From Octopus vulgaris (lineage: Eukaryota), in assembly GCA_951406725.2 (NCBI GenBank), contig OX597815.1, positions 208,010,001-208,074,000 of the forward strand: a DNA stretch of 64,000 nucleotides, in the 5' to 3' direction. This document shows positions 1 to 12,011 of the stretch, in pieces. The notes beneath the pieces were generated by a model. That model was not told where the DNA came from, did no database searches, and saw nothing but the letters and a program-made list of their open reading frames with translations. The stretch's first letter is position 1, and each line of letters starts with the position of its first letter. The position numbers were made by a program, and so were the translations under genes.

Positions 1-611
1 AAGGACAGTACAATCTGAGGACATGTACTGAGAGTGATAAAAATCAAACATCCAGTCAACATCATGATGTTTGGAGTGATCACTAGTGATGGCAACGTAT
101 TACCTCCATTCACCTTCTCACACAGCTTCAAACTCAATATTGAGGCCTACATCAAGTGCCTGGAAGAGGTAGTGCTGCCCTGGGTGAAGACATAGGCTGC
201 TGGAAGACCCTATGTCTCGCAACAGAACTCTGCACCTGCCACACAAGCAGGAGAACCCAGTCATGGCTGTCAGACAATTTCTGTGACCACATCACCCCTA
301 ACATCTGGCCACTTAACTCCCCAGACTGCAACCCCCTTGATTATTATGTGTGGGGTGCAGTTGAGTGAGAGGAAAGGATTATGGCAGCATTCACCAACTT
401 AAACAAGGAGACTGTTCAGAAGAGTTGCAGGAGATTCTGAAGTCGTTTGGAGGCTGTGGTTGAAGCCAATGGCAATTTTATTGAATAAATTTACTCTTTA
501 GTATTTCAAGATATTTCTATGTAATTTTGGCAAAGATGCACGTTAAAATGTGTTGTCCATGTTATATTCATTTCAGCATAATTTAGACAACAATTTATTC
601 ACTGCACCCTG
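1..611 (+). mobile_element. Tc1/mariner-superfamily transposon remnant (3' part of decayed transposase plus right TIR)
   Basis: Translates with stops and frameshifts to ...IMMFGVITSDG...YIKCLEEVVLPW...WPLNSPDCNPLDYYVWGAVE...RLEAVVEANGNFIE*, including the WPxNSPDxNPxD motif. Ends ...CACTGCACCCTG followed by TA. Truncated by the window start. Confidence 0.9.
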
Positions 612-659
<48 letters not shown>

Positions 660-699
660 TATATACATACATACATTAAGAGGACTCTTTCAGTTTCTT

Positions 700-893
700 A
701 TTTCTTTATTGCCCACAAGGGGCTAAACATAGAGGGGACAAACAAGAACATTAAGTCGATTACATCGACCCCAGTGCATAACTGGTACTTAATTTATCGA
801 CCTCGGCAGAATTTGAACTCAGAACGTTAAGACAGATGAAATACCGCTACGCATTTCGCCCGGTGTGCTAACGTTTCTGCCAGCTCGCCGCCT
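700..893 (-). mobile_element. SINE family B copy (tRNA-derived), internally deleted, nested in a decayed family A copy (~680-1055)
   Basis: Minus strand reads GGCGGCGAGCTGGCAGAAACGTTAGC...GAGTTCAAATTC (A/B boxes) and ends CCCCTTGTGGGCAATAAAGAAAT. Flanks resemble family A. Confidence 0.8.
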
Positions 894-1251
894 TTTGATG
901 TAGGCTTTTTCAATATCTGTTAACCAAATCCACTCACAAGGCTTTTATCTGCCAGGGGCTTTAGTAGAATACACTTGCTTAAGGTGTCATACAGGTGGAC
1001 TGAACCAGAAGACCTTATGGCTGAGAAAAGAACTTCTTAACCTCACAGCTACATCTCTACCCAAACCATATATGATAAAATTGCAAATCAGGCATTTCCA
1101 GAAATGGGTGAATCAATATTTTCAACCATAAGTGTTTTTAAGAACCCTACCAACAACTTTTAATTATTTGTGATATCAACCCAGATCTTTAAAACAACTT
1201 TTATATTCAATTTCAACACAGATGAGATATCATCTAAAAATTCTATTTTAA

Positions 1252-1530
1252 CCCTTTGGTTTTTAACCAGCCATGTCTGGTCCAAATATTCTACCTGATC
1301 TATGTTGAAACCAGCCAAATCCAGGCTCTCACACATATACCATAAAGTCTTTCTAAAAATAAACATAGGCGCAGGAGTGGCTGTGTGGTAAGTAGCTTGC
1401 TTACCAACCACAGGGTTCCAGGTTCAGTCCCACTGCGTGGTACCTTGGGCAAGTGTCTTCTACTATAGCCTCGGGCCGACCAAAGCCTTGTGAGTGGATT
1501 TGGTAGACGGAAACTGAAAGGCGCCCATCG

Positions 1531-1569
<39 letters not shown>

Positions 1570-1878
1570 ATGTGTTTGTCCCCCTAGCATTGTTTGACAA
1601 CCGATGCTGGTGTGTTTACATCCCCGTCACTTAGCGGTTCGGCAAAATAGACCGATAGAATAAGTACTGGGCTTACAAAGAATAAGTCCTGGGGTCGATT
1701 TGCTCGACTAAAGGCGGTGCTCCAGCATGGCCGCGGTCAAATGACTGAAACAAGTAAAAGAGTAAAAGAGTAAAAGAGTAATCACATCATTGAAATCTCC
1801 AAGCTGTGAGATAATGCACTGAAAACAGCGTGAAGAAATAAGCATTATATTTGACAAAATAATCTGAATGCTAAAGGG
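1252..1878. mobile_element. piggyBac-like MITE (TTAA TSD) split by a SINE insertion
   Basis: TTAA|CCCTTT at 1248-1257 and AAAGGG|TTAA at 1873-1882. The same family occurs uninterrupted and inverted at 46127-46341. Confidence 0.7.
1368..1780 (+). mobile_element. SINE family A, full length (tRNA head, CORE-like domain, internal (TA)n(TG)n, (GTAAAAGA)n tail)
   Basis: GGCGCAGGAGTGGCTGTGTGGTAAG...GGTTCAGTCCC A/B-box-like head and CCTTGGGCAAGTGTCTT CORE-like motif. More than 12 near-identical copies in the window. Confidence 0.92.
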
Positions 1879-2011
1879 TTAAAGTATAGAACTTTGTATA
1901 CCATTTCCTGTAGGATATTTACAATCTCAAAAACCAATTATGCAAAGTACAAGCTAAACTTTATACATCGCTCTTCTTGTGAAGGAGTATTTTCTGTTTT
2001 CAAAGCCAATA

Positions 2012-2218
2012 TACTCTTTTACTTGTTTTAGTCATTTGACTGCGACCATGCTGGAGCACCGCCTTTAGTCGAGCAAATCGACCCCGGGACTTATTCTTTG
2101 TAAGCCTAGTACTTATTCTATCGGTCTTTACTGCCGAACCTCTAGGTGACAGGGACGTAAACACACCAGCATCGGTTGTCAAGCAATGCTAGGGGGACAA
2201 ACACAGACACACAAACAT

Positions 2219-2267
<49 letters not shown>

Positions 2268-2438
2268 CATATATACGACGGGCTTCTTTCAGTTTCCGTC
2301 TACCAAATCCACTCACAAGGCTTTGGTTGGCCTGAGGCTATAGCAGAAGACACTAGCCCAAGGTGCCATGCAGTGGGACTGAACCCGGAAACATGTGGTT
2401 GGTAAGCAAGTTACTTACCACACAGCCATTCCTGCACC
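2012..2438 (-). mobile_element. SINE family A, full length
   Basis: Reverse complement of 1368-1780, about 230 bp away. Confidence 0.92.
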
Positions 2439-2760
2439 TATATGTTGTCTATATTGCAGCCGCTAGTTCATCTTGAAGATTTCTTTCCAAAACACCCACA
2501 TGGAAAATTATGTAATTATGTAACAGACTCTAAAGCTATGAATAAGTTAATTTTGTACCAGAATATATATATTTAGCACGGTTTCAAAGTATTTGAGGGT
2601 TATAAATAATCTGTCGATAGAACATAAAACTAGAAGATTGCAATTTTTCACTTTATATTATTGATTATTTTCTTTATTTTTATCTTTTTCATTTACTTAT
2701 TTCATTCACTAGAATGCAGCCCTGCTAGGGCACCACTTGGAAGGCTTTTAGTCAAATGAA

Positions 2761-3162
2761 TCATCATCATCATCATCGTTTAACGTTCGCTTTCCATGCT
2801 CGCATGGGTTGGATGATTTTGACTGAGGGCTGGTGATCCAGCTGGCTGCACCAGGCTCCAATCTTGATCTGGCAGAGTTTCTACAGCTGGATGTCCTTCC
2901 TAACGCCAACGACTCCGAGAGTGTAGAGGGTGCTTTTTCTGTGCCACTGGCAAGGGGACCAGTCAGGCGGTACTGGCAACGACTTTGCTCGAATCTTTTT
3001 ACACATGCCACCGGCACAGGTGCCAGTAAGGTGATGTTGGTAATGATCACGCTCAAATGGTACCTTTTACATGCCATCGGCACGGAAGCCGGTTAGCTGC
3101 TCTGGCAACGATCATGCTTGGATGGTGCTCTTGGCACTCTACTAGCACGGGCACAAGTGCCA
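2761..3162 (-). mobile_element. Repeat family C: retroposon 3' end with (GAT)n tail and GTGCCGGTGGCAC-type subrepeats (probably RTE-type LINE 3' UTR or derivative)
   Basis: (CAT)n-CGTTTAACG...CCATGCT...TTTCTACAGCTGGATG block shared with 11202-11388(+), 12538-12780, 12852-13255, 29846-30112, 31726-31909(+), 32418-32765, 55220-55693(+) and 58436-58695. Fixed 3' end, variable 5' truncation. Confidence 0.75.
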
Positions 3163-3374
3163 AAATATATATTTCAGTTTTGTAAAAGAGACTAATGGAA
3201 TAAATACCAGATATAAAATAAGTACTGGGGTTGATTTGTCCAACTAATCCTTCAAAGAATTGCTCCAGCATAGCCACAGTTCAATGCCTGAAGCAAGTAA
3301 AAGAATAAAATAGCAGATGACTGTGTACAAGCCTTACTATATAATACAAACTATTTTAGGGAAGTATGCTTCAA

Positions 3375-3680
3375 TTCGTTTTTCGATTTGGTTTGCAAGA
3401 TTCTTTATGTGAGTTCGTGTGTTGAAGTATGTTATGTTGTGTCTGGGGAGAGTCATTTTCTTTTTGTGCCTTATAATTTAACACACTCACTGATAAAATT
3501 TCCACTTATTTCTTAATCTTATTTTCCTAAAATTTTCATTGCGTCTTGCAACCTTTTCAATAGTGTTGACTTTAGGAAAATAAAAATAAGAAATAAGTGG
3601 AAATTTTACCGGTGAGTGTGTTAAATCACAAGACAAAAAAAGAAAATGATTCCCCCCAGACACAACGGAAGATGTTTCAA
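3375..3680. mobile_element. Foldback (inverted-arm) Penelope-like terminal-repeat fragment with hammerhead-like motif
   Basis: Arm ~3420-3530 is the inverted complement of 3571-3680. Minus strand 3563-3526 reads CTA-TTGAAAA-G-GTTGC-AAGAC-GCAAT-GAAA-AT-TT-TAG. Same family at 7611-7866 and 61481-61611. Confidence 0.65.
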
Positions 3681-4007
3681 TTCATTTCTTTAAAACCTTC
3701 ACTAATAAAGTGACGATGTGCTTCCAATCACTTGCGGCTAGTTTTTTGAGCTTTCACTTATCTTTCAATCCTTAACTATTGATTTTCTTTCTCTTGGTGC
3801 CATAACTCCCTGGAATTCCCTTACTATCATCAAATGAATTGTTTTTCAAATGGACTCTGACCTCCAGATGTTCTTGAGCTAAATATCCTCTGTGCCAATA
3901 AGATTAATCCCAGAGAGCCTTCAACAAGCACAGGCATCCTTCCTTCCTTCCTTCCTTCCTTCCTCCCTTCCTTCTCTTCCTTTGACTTACTTATTAATAA
4001 ATTGTTA

Positions 4008-4380
4008 TGTCATCATCATCATCATTGTTGCTGTCGTTGTCATCGTCACCATCGAAACCTGCAGCAGGAGCAGTGGCACTGCTGCCACCACCACCACCAC
4101 CACCACCACCACCACCACCACCATCGCCGCCATCGCCGCCAACACCACCACCACCACCACCACCACCACTGCTGCTGCTGCTGCCACTGCTGCCACTGCT
4201 ACAGCTGCCACTGCTGCTCCTATGCTACTGCTGCTCCTATGCCACTGCCGCTGCTGCTGCTACTGGTGCTGCTGCCACTCCTCTGCTACCTCCGACGCTG
4301 CTGCCACCATCACTATCATCATTATCTTCACCATCATCTTGTTGTTGTTATTGCTGTCATCAACATCATCATCATTATCA
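4008..4380. repeat. Compound trinucleotide microsatellite (CAT/CAC/GCT/GCC)
   Basis: Runs of CAC, GCT and CAT, open in several frames only because of low complexity. Confidence 0.9.
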
Positions 4381-5314
4381 TCTCCCACATTTATCAGCTG
4401 TTTTCCATACTGGCATGGGTTTACAACTTGTCCCGGTCTGAGTCAGTTCTTGCTGCCCTCCCAGACATAGACAAGCCCCGTGTCTCACTTGTACATTATA
4501 CTGGAGCATGTTTTCTATGGCTTGATGCTCTTCCTAGCATCAACCACCTTACATTGTACTTTGTGCATTCTATCATGGCACCAACACTAATGAGGTTTCC
4601 ATGTAATCAGAAAGGAAAAGAGGCCTAATTGTTGCAGATTGCTTGTTCAGGACAACAAGACTTGAAGAGTGGGAAGAAGAGAGGAAAATTGTACAAAATT
4701 AAGTAGGGTGACAGGTGGGGAGGAAAGAGAAGAGATTAGGAAGGTAAAAAGAGTGACCGGTGTGCCAGTGTGGATGGGAAGGGAAAACTAGGAGAGGTAA
4801 TTCTAGAGGAATAAGAAAGAGACAGGTGGCAATGAGAGGGAGACACAGTAATGACAGAAGGTAATGGGGGAGAGATACTAATGGTAGTTACATGTTTGTT
4901 TAATTGAGAGAGAAAGAGGGAGAGAGAGAGAGAGGAGGGGGAGAACAAGTGACGGGTAGTGAGTGACCTAGAGGAGAGTGTGGTAGTTAGACATAGAAGA
5001 AAAATGCTTTCCATGAGTAATGGAAAATTGAGAGGATGACAGTATGAATAATGAATGTGAATACGATTGGCCTGAGGAAGGCAGAGACAGAGAGATGGTC
5101 ATGGTGAGTTGCATAGGAGAGTAAAAATGGAGGTGTCTCAAATACCAATAGACACAATGCAATTCTTTATCAGTCAGGTATCATGATAAAAGTGAGGAAT
5201 AATAGCAACATGTTCTATACTAAACGAACATGAAATAAAATTGAAGGACAGTAGCTGGAAATCACGAAATTAAATTTGTATGATAAAGCTCAAATGAGGT
5301 GTTCATGAACAAGT

Positions 5315-5475
5315 GACGCAGGAGTGGCTGTGTGGTAAGTAGCTTGCTTACCAACCACATGGTTCCGGGTTCAGTCCCACTGTGTGGCACCTTGGGCAAG
5401 GGTATTCTACTATAGCCTCGGGCCGACCAAAGCCTTGTGAGTGGATTTGGTAGACGGAAACTGAAAGAAGCCCGT

Positions 5476-5520
<45 letters not shown>

Positions 5521-5741
5521 ATATGTTTGTGTGTGTCTGTGTTTGTCTCTCTAGCATTGCTTGACAACCGATGCTGGTGTGTTTATGTCCCCGTCACTTA
5601 GCAGTTCGGCAAAATAGACTGATAGAATAAGTACTGGGCTTACAAAGAATAAGTCCCGGGGTCGAGTTGCTCGACTAAAGGCGGTGCTCCAGCATGGCTG
5701 CAGTCAACTGACTGAAACAAGTAAAAGAGTAAAAGAGAGAG
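5315..5741 (+). mobile_element. SINE family A, full length
   Basis: Matches 1368-1780 end to end. Confidence 0.92.
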
Positions 5742-6145
5742 TATGACAAAGCCTGAGAAACCTGGTTCAAAATATCTAATGTGTATGCCAATAGAATATA
5801 GACAAACAAAATGAGAATAAAAAATTGCTATCACTAACTAAAATATTAACATAAATAACACCATGTAATGGCATATCGTCGTTGGTCTGGTAGTTTCTCT
5901 AAAGTTTAATAATGCATTGAAAGTTTGATTTTGATTTAATACCAAGCAGAAGAGTATTAGCTGCACACATAAACGCAATATCAATTTTCCATATTCTCAT
6001 AAAAAATTTAGTATTATGTAATATAATAATTATTCTGTATATGTACAATACACATGCATTAATACACGGATGCACAAATGTATACGTAAAGTGTATTCAA
6101 ACACTCACACACTTAAATTAATGCGTACATAAATACATATATATG

Positions 6146-6181
<36 letters not shown>

Positions 6182-6438
6182 CATATATATTTATGTATAT
6201 ACATTCATACATATATAAATAGGTATATACATACAGACCTATATATGGATCTACACAAAATATTGATATAGATATATTTTTTGCATATACATATATAGGT
6301 GTGTATGTATATACATACATATACATATATATCTATGTATACATGTGCATCATGGCTGCAGTCAAATGAATGAAACAAGTAAAAGAATAAAAAAATATAT
6401 GTATATAAACATATGTATGTAGGTATGTATGCATATAC

Positions 6439-6493
<55 letters not shown>

Positions 6494-7029
6494 CATATAT
6501 ATTTATAATTATATATACATATATATGTATATATATGTATGTATACATATATACAAATATATATGTATGTATCTACACATGTATATACATACATGTGTGT
6601 GTGTGTGTGTCTGTATACATCAACACACTATATGTTATCACATCACATGGTGCAGACAGGTGAGCAGAACAAAATGCAGCTAAATGAGAGTAAATTCAAA
6701 TTGTTCCAGATTTGTTAAAAGACAAAAAAAAAAAAAAAACCCCAAAAAATACAAAAAAAACCCCCACAGACGACTACACTTTTTCCTCTTCCCCAAATTA
6801 CCATTGCATCATATAAGTTGATAGTGGCATGATTGTTATCATGAGTGAAAATCTAAAACGAAACATGAGACCTGAGGAACCATGATGGTGATGGTTGATA
6901 GAAATGATGGATGTCGATAAAAGATTGATCGGAGAAAGAGAACAAATATCACAAGGTTGACAAATGGGAAAATGCAGAAATACATTTGAAATATTGGTCT
7001 GAAATTTTGGCACTAGGCCAGTAATAAAT

Positions 7030-7325
7030 TGATTTCAGCTCTACAACAATGTCCAGCAAACTGGACTCTCTTACCTTTCATAAGAGATGACACAGGTGGT
7101 AGTTTCCCATATATTTGCATTTATGTTGGATGACGCTTCCACGAGAGATTTTGAGCTCTCATAAGGAGGCGAGTGTAGGTTCCATCCAACCACCTCTCAA
7201 GCTACTTTGATAACGTCCAGGTTTCTGAGCCATATAGCAGAATTGGTTCGACTGTGGCTTTGAAGATTTCAAGTTTGAAGTCTCTACTTAGATTTGATGA
7301 CCAGATCTTATGCATGTCATTACCA
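7030..7325 (-). mobile_element. RTE-like LINE fragment (region C-terminal to RT)
   Basis: Minus strand: NDMHKIWSSNLSRDFKLEIFKATVEPILLYGSETWTLSK*LERWLDGTYTRLLMRAQNLSWKRHPT*MQIYGKLPPVSSLMKGKRVQFAGHC, with LLYGSETW and FAGH motifs and in-frame stops. Confidence 0.9.
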
Positions 7326-7558
7326 CGGTCGAACAATGATGATGATGATAAATTGATGACATCAGCCCCATTGATCAACACATACTTATTTTATCAATCT
7401 TCAATCAATTCTAAAGAAACTTGCTTCCCATCCACATGGTCTTGAGTTCATTCTCATTTCATGGCATGTGTCTGTTACGATAGTTCTGGGCCAGCCAAGG
7501 CCTTGTGAATGGATTTGGCAGACAGACGTCTGTATACATACACATACATACATATTTA

Positions 7559-8385
7559 CGAGGGGGTGCCCAAAAGAAACCTGAATTTTGCAGTATTTAT
7601 ATGTTAAGACTCTGTTGTGTCTGAGGAGAGTCATTTTCTTTTTGTACCATATAATTTAACACACTCACCAGTAAAATTTCCACTTATTTCTTATTTTTAT
7701 TTTCCTAAAATTTTCGTTGCGTCTTGCAACCTTTTCAATAGTCTTGACTGGTGAGTGTGTTACATTATAAGGCACAAAAAGAAAATGACTCTCCCTAGAC
7801 ACAACAGAATATGCTTCAACACACGAACTCAAATAAAGAATCTTGCAAACCAAATCCCAAAACGAAATATATGTTTACTCTTTTATTGTCTTCGAAGTAT
7901 TCTCCATTTGAAGCAATGCATTGGTCCAGATGTATTTTCCACTGTTGGAAGCAGTGCTGGAACTCTTGCAAAGAGATGCTTTTAACACCTCCATCATTTT
8001 TTTCTTCACTTCTTCCACATCTGCAAATTCCATAGCACTAGCTTTTGTCGTCACAAGTGATGATCTTTGAAAAACAGTCTGTATCTACTTCCAACTGTTC
8101 TTCCAGTTCATGACACCCATTCAGTCATGACTGCTTTTGAACTTCTGTGAGTAAGCAAGACACAAATGTTGCTGCAACTCTTTTCATTTGCAATTCCTCG
8201 TTCCAAATTCATTGGCAGGATCTCCAGAACACACCAGCCATATCAACAAGTTCGTTAATTGTTTGGTGCTGGTCCTCCAAAATCCGTTCATGAATTTTCA
8301 TGATGTTTCCATTTGATTAGGAAGTCGATGGTCATCCTGAACAAGGTTGGTCTTCAAGTGACAAAAGTCCATTGCTAAAGCGGAA
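7559..8385 (-). mobile_element. Mariner transposon remnant, internally deleted, with nested foldback element
   Basis: Minus 8385-8030 = SLEDQPCSG*PSTS...ILEDQHQTINELVDM...QMKRVAATFVSCLLTE...FSKIITCDDKS*CYG (HTH region to first catalytic Asp), joined directly to C-terminal FADVEEVKKKMMEVLKSISLQEFQHCFQQWKIHLDQCIASNGEYFE. TIR TA|CGAGGGGGTGCCCAAAA at 7557-7575. Confidence 0.88.
7611..7866. mobile_element. Foldback Penelope-like terminal-repeat fragment with the best-preserved U3-A8 hammerhead-like motif (7704-7742, minus)
   Basis: Inverted arms ~7611-7670 and ~7748-7808. Minus strand CTA-TTGAAAA-G-GTTGC-AAGAC-GCAAC-GAAA-AT-TT-TAG. Confidence 0.65.
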
Positions 8386-8754
8386 CCCTGGTTGAAAACC
8401 ACTGATCTACGTATTGGGATAGCCTTGTTCATCGTGTGGGGGCGTCCACACAACACCATTATAGCAAACTTCTCATAAATGTTTAATAGGAATAGCTCTT
8501 AGTAATGAATTCTCCTGGATTATTTCTCCATCTGATGAGAGGTGAACAAACTGCAAAATAGGTTAGGACAAAGTACCCTGATTTGTCTGAATGCAAATGA
8601 GATTTATTTATATCTGTTTAAAGTTCGACAATAAAACGTTTAAATACTGTAGTGTAACTCTAAAATTTATATACAGAACCAGAGATATTTTCACACAAAA
8701 ATATGTGCATTCATGTCTAGAACTACATCAAAGACATGTTTATTATCCTAATTT

Positions 8755-8962
8755 CTGTATATATTATATTATATATATATACTTATATATACATATATAT
8801 GTACATAGATGTATGTATACATGTACATGCATACATACATACATACATACATACACACACACATATATATATATACACACACACACACATATATGTATAC
8901 ACACACATATATATATATACATATTTATATATGTACATGTATAAGTTCATATATATTTATAT

Positions 8963-9019
<57 letters not shown>

Positions 9020-9022
9020 ATG

Positions 9023-9097
<75 letters not shown>

Positions 9098-9207
9098 ATA
9101 TATGTATATATATATGTACATGTATATATATGTATATGTATGTATATATCATCATCATCATTTAATGTCTGGTTTCCATGCTAGCATGGGTTGTGTATGT
9201 ATATGTG

Positions 9208-9238
<31 letters not shown>

Positions 9239-9240
9239 CT
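8755..9240. repeat. (TA)n/(CA)n/(TACA)n microsatellite field (others at ~6120-6615, 14555-14945, 41200-41550, 41925-42270, 45715-45890, 52470-52850)
   Basis: Directly visible dinucleotide tracts. Confidence 0.95.
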
Positions 9241-9818
9241 CTTGCTTATATTAAAATATCTACAAAAATACACAAAAAACATACAGTAGTGTTTATTCAT
9301 GTGAGTAACCTTTAAGACAAATGATTAGACTAAGATTTAACAGTTGATTTAGCTTCGACAGACTCTAGAAGGAGATGTGGTTGCACACAGCCACGATTGG
9401 TTGAATCTTTCATCAGATCATTTGGTAAAATGTGATCTGGCAATACAATTTTTGTTTCCTCTCTTAGCTGATTAAAAGTAATGTTACTGCACTGAAAAAC
9501 TCTAATAAGCAAAATCTCAGTGCCGTTAGCAATTTGGCTCAGAAACATGTTATCGATAGCGTACACAAGTACAAACATTTCTGATCGATACTGTAGAAGT
9601 ATAGTGTAGTAAATTTATTAAAACAGAATCTCTGGTAGAGATAAGGATGGTTCTTTGAGATATTTGTGCTTATTTATTTCATTTTTTTTTTAATGTGTCT
9701 TTCTGATGTGTATGCATCTAGAGTAGAAGGAGAAGAACATAGTCAGATAGATATATGTATGTATTTATGTTAATTCTTGTACACACTCGTCTCAGTTTTG
9801 AAATATATGAATATGGAC

Positions 9819-9852
<34 letters not shown>

Positions 9853-10975
9853 CATCAGTGGGAGTTGAGTTAAGTGCATATAATACACAAAAATTAAAAC
9901 AAAAATCTTGGCATACACAAAGGAAAAAGTTTTGAAAAAAAGTTTCATAATTTCTATAAAAAGATCTGAATATGCAATTATAGTAACTAAAGGTGAGTAA
10001 AATATAGATTTCTTTGATTCTGTTCTGCTTTTGATTAGTAAGTGGTAAGGACAAAGGAATAATATATGAAATAGCATATATATAGGAAGTGTTATTAGAA
10101 GCATTGTAAAAGAAATGAACACACTGAATCGTTGAAAATAAAATCAGTTTTGTTCATTCATTATAAAAATTCTAGGAAGATATACGATGGTAGATTTCTG
10201 GTAAATTGCATGAATTTAAATATGTGGAAAGAATATAATGTTTTAACTTAGTATTTCAGAAATATTTCATTGGAGAGTGCTTAAAAGACAAATATGAAGG
10301 AATAATGACTAGGTGCTATATTTCAAAGAATAATATCATTATCATTTTTATTTCTACTTATCCATGATAAAATGGATTCCTCGAAACCATCTATATCTAT
10401 ATATTTCCTGTCTCTTATTTATTTTTAGCTTTGAAGCTTACTCTATTGTGGTTGTGAAAGAATTAAAATACAATTAAAATTGTTAGCACTCAACAATAAC
10501 CAAAACTTGGCATTGTGCGCTAATGAAACATCAGTATTACAATGGTGTTATTGCTTGTATCAGTGATCAGTTCCACCCTATTGCAGCAATGTGAACTGTT
10601 ATTGAAAGTTAAGTGCCTGGCCCTTGCACAATGTACAAGGTTGCTAACAGGATACGACTTGTTGACTCTCATCTGATTCCATGGTGCCTTATTGAACAAC
10701 TAAATGTGGTCCTTGTCTCTGCTATCCAGGCTTATCTTTGTGGAATGTTTACAATTTCACTGCAAGCCAAATTTGCCTTACTTTTAATTCATACATGCCT
10801 ATTGATATTCCATTCCTTTACCTTCTATTTGTATTTATATCTAGGAACAGATATACGTAAGTACTGGTATGGCTATGTAGTTAAGAATTTTGCTTTGCCA
10901 ATCAAGTGGTTTTGGGTACAATGCCACCGCATAGCACTTTGGATAAGTATCACATCCTATAATCTCAGGTTAATG

Positions 10976-11200
10976 TCTTTACTCTTTTATTTATTTCAGT
11001 CATTTGACTGTGGCCATGCTGGAGCACCGCCTTTAGCTAAGCAAATCGACCCCAGGACTTATTCTTTGTAAGCCTAGTACTTATTCTATTGGGCTCTTTT
11101 GCCGAACTGCTAAGTTACGGGGATGTAAACACACCAGCATCGGTTGTCAAGCAATGTTGGGGGGGACAAACACAGACACACAAACATATACACACACACA
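10976..11200 (-). mobile_element. SINE family A, 3' half only
   Basis: Matches family A from the tail to the internal (CA)n, then switches to family C. Confidence 0.85.
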
Positions 11201-11584
11201 CATCGCCTCACTACCAGCATCGCCTTATTGGTACTTGTGCCGGTGTGCAGTTGACACGTAAAAAAACAAAAAAAAACACGATTTTTCCATGGTCATACTG
11301 ATTGGCCCTCTTACCAGTGGCACATAAAAAGCACCCACTACACTCTCGGAGTGGTTGGCGTTAGGAAGGGCATCCAGCTGTAGAAGCTCTCTTTCTCCTC
11401 CCTCTCTCTCTCTCTATCTACCTATTTATCTCTCTCACTCTTTTTCTCAATCTGATTATACACATATCATATAATGCTCATATCTGAATCTTCTCCAATT
11501 ACTTTGAATTTGAAAAGAATCTGTTTAAGTCTGGTCACAAATGTTTTTTTAAATAATGAACTGAAGCAATAATTCTACATTTTA

Positions 11585-11623
<39 letters not shown>

Positions 11624-12011
11624 TACTAGAACCTTCCAACTATTTTCTACCTACCTACCTACATATCTCAAACTTTAGCATCTATGTTATTATTTAATTT
11701 TCATTAATAACTTACATTAATCAATATTCAGAGAAAATTCTAGCAAGTGATGTTAAATTCTTTTTTCCGGGAAATAATGTTTTTCCTAATTTTGGCAGAA
11801 GGCCAACAGTTTTAGGAGAAGGGAATAAGTTGATTACATCGACCCCCAGTTCTTCACTGGTGATTTGTTTTATCACCCTCAAAAGGATGTAAAGCAAAGC
11901 TGACCTCAGATATCTTGTTCAACATTTTGTCCTTGATTTGGCCAGATTGTCACCTTTTTTTCCTTTCAACAAATAATATAAAACTCATTCTCTAGAGGTC
12001 CAATATAACTA

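Noticed and set aside
1300-1590. Recurrent ORFs such as [24 protein letters not shown] and GLLSVSVYQIHSQGFG
   Set aside because: Antisense translations of SINE family A, not a gene family.
3892-4628. Overlapping 144-208 aa ORFs (poly-Thr/His/Pro/Ala)
   Set aside because: Trinucleotide microsatellite open in several frames on both strands; no domain or splice support.
9330-9578. 82-aa minus-strand ORF, possible alternative terminal exon
   Set aside because: No recognisable homology and not the expected RasGRF coiled-coil/IQ sequence.
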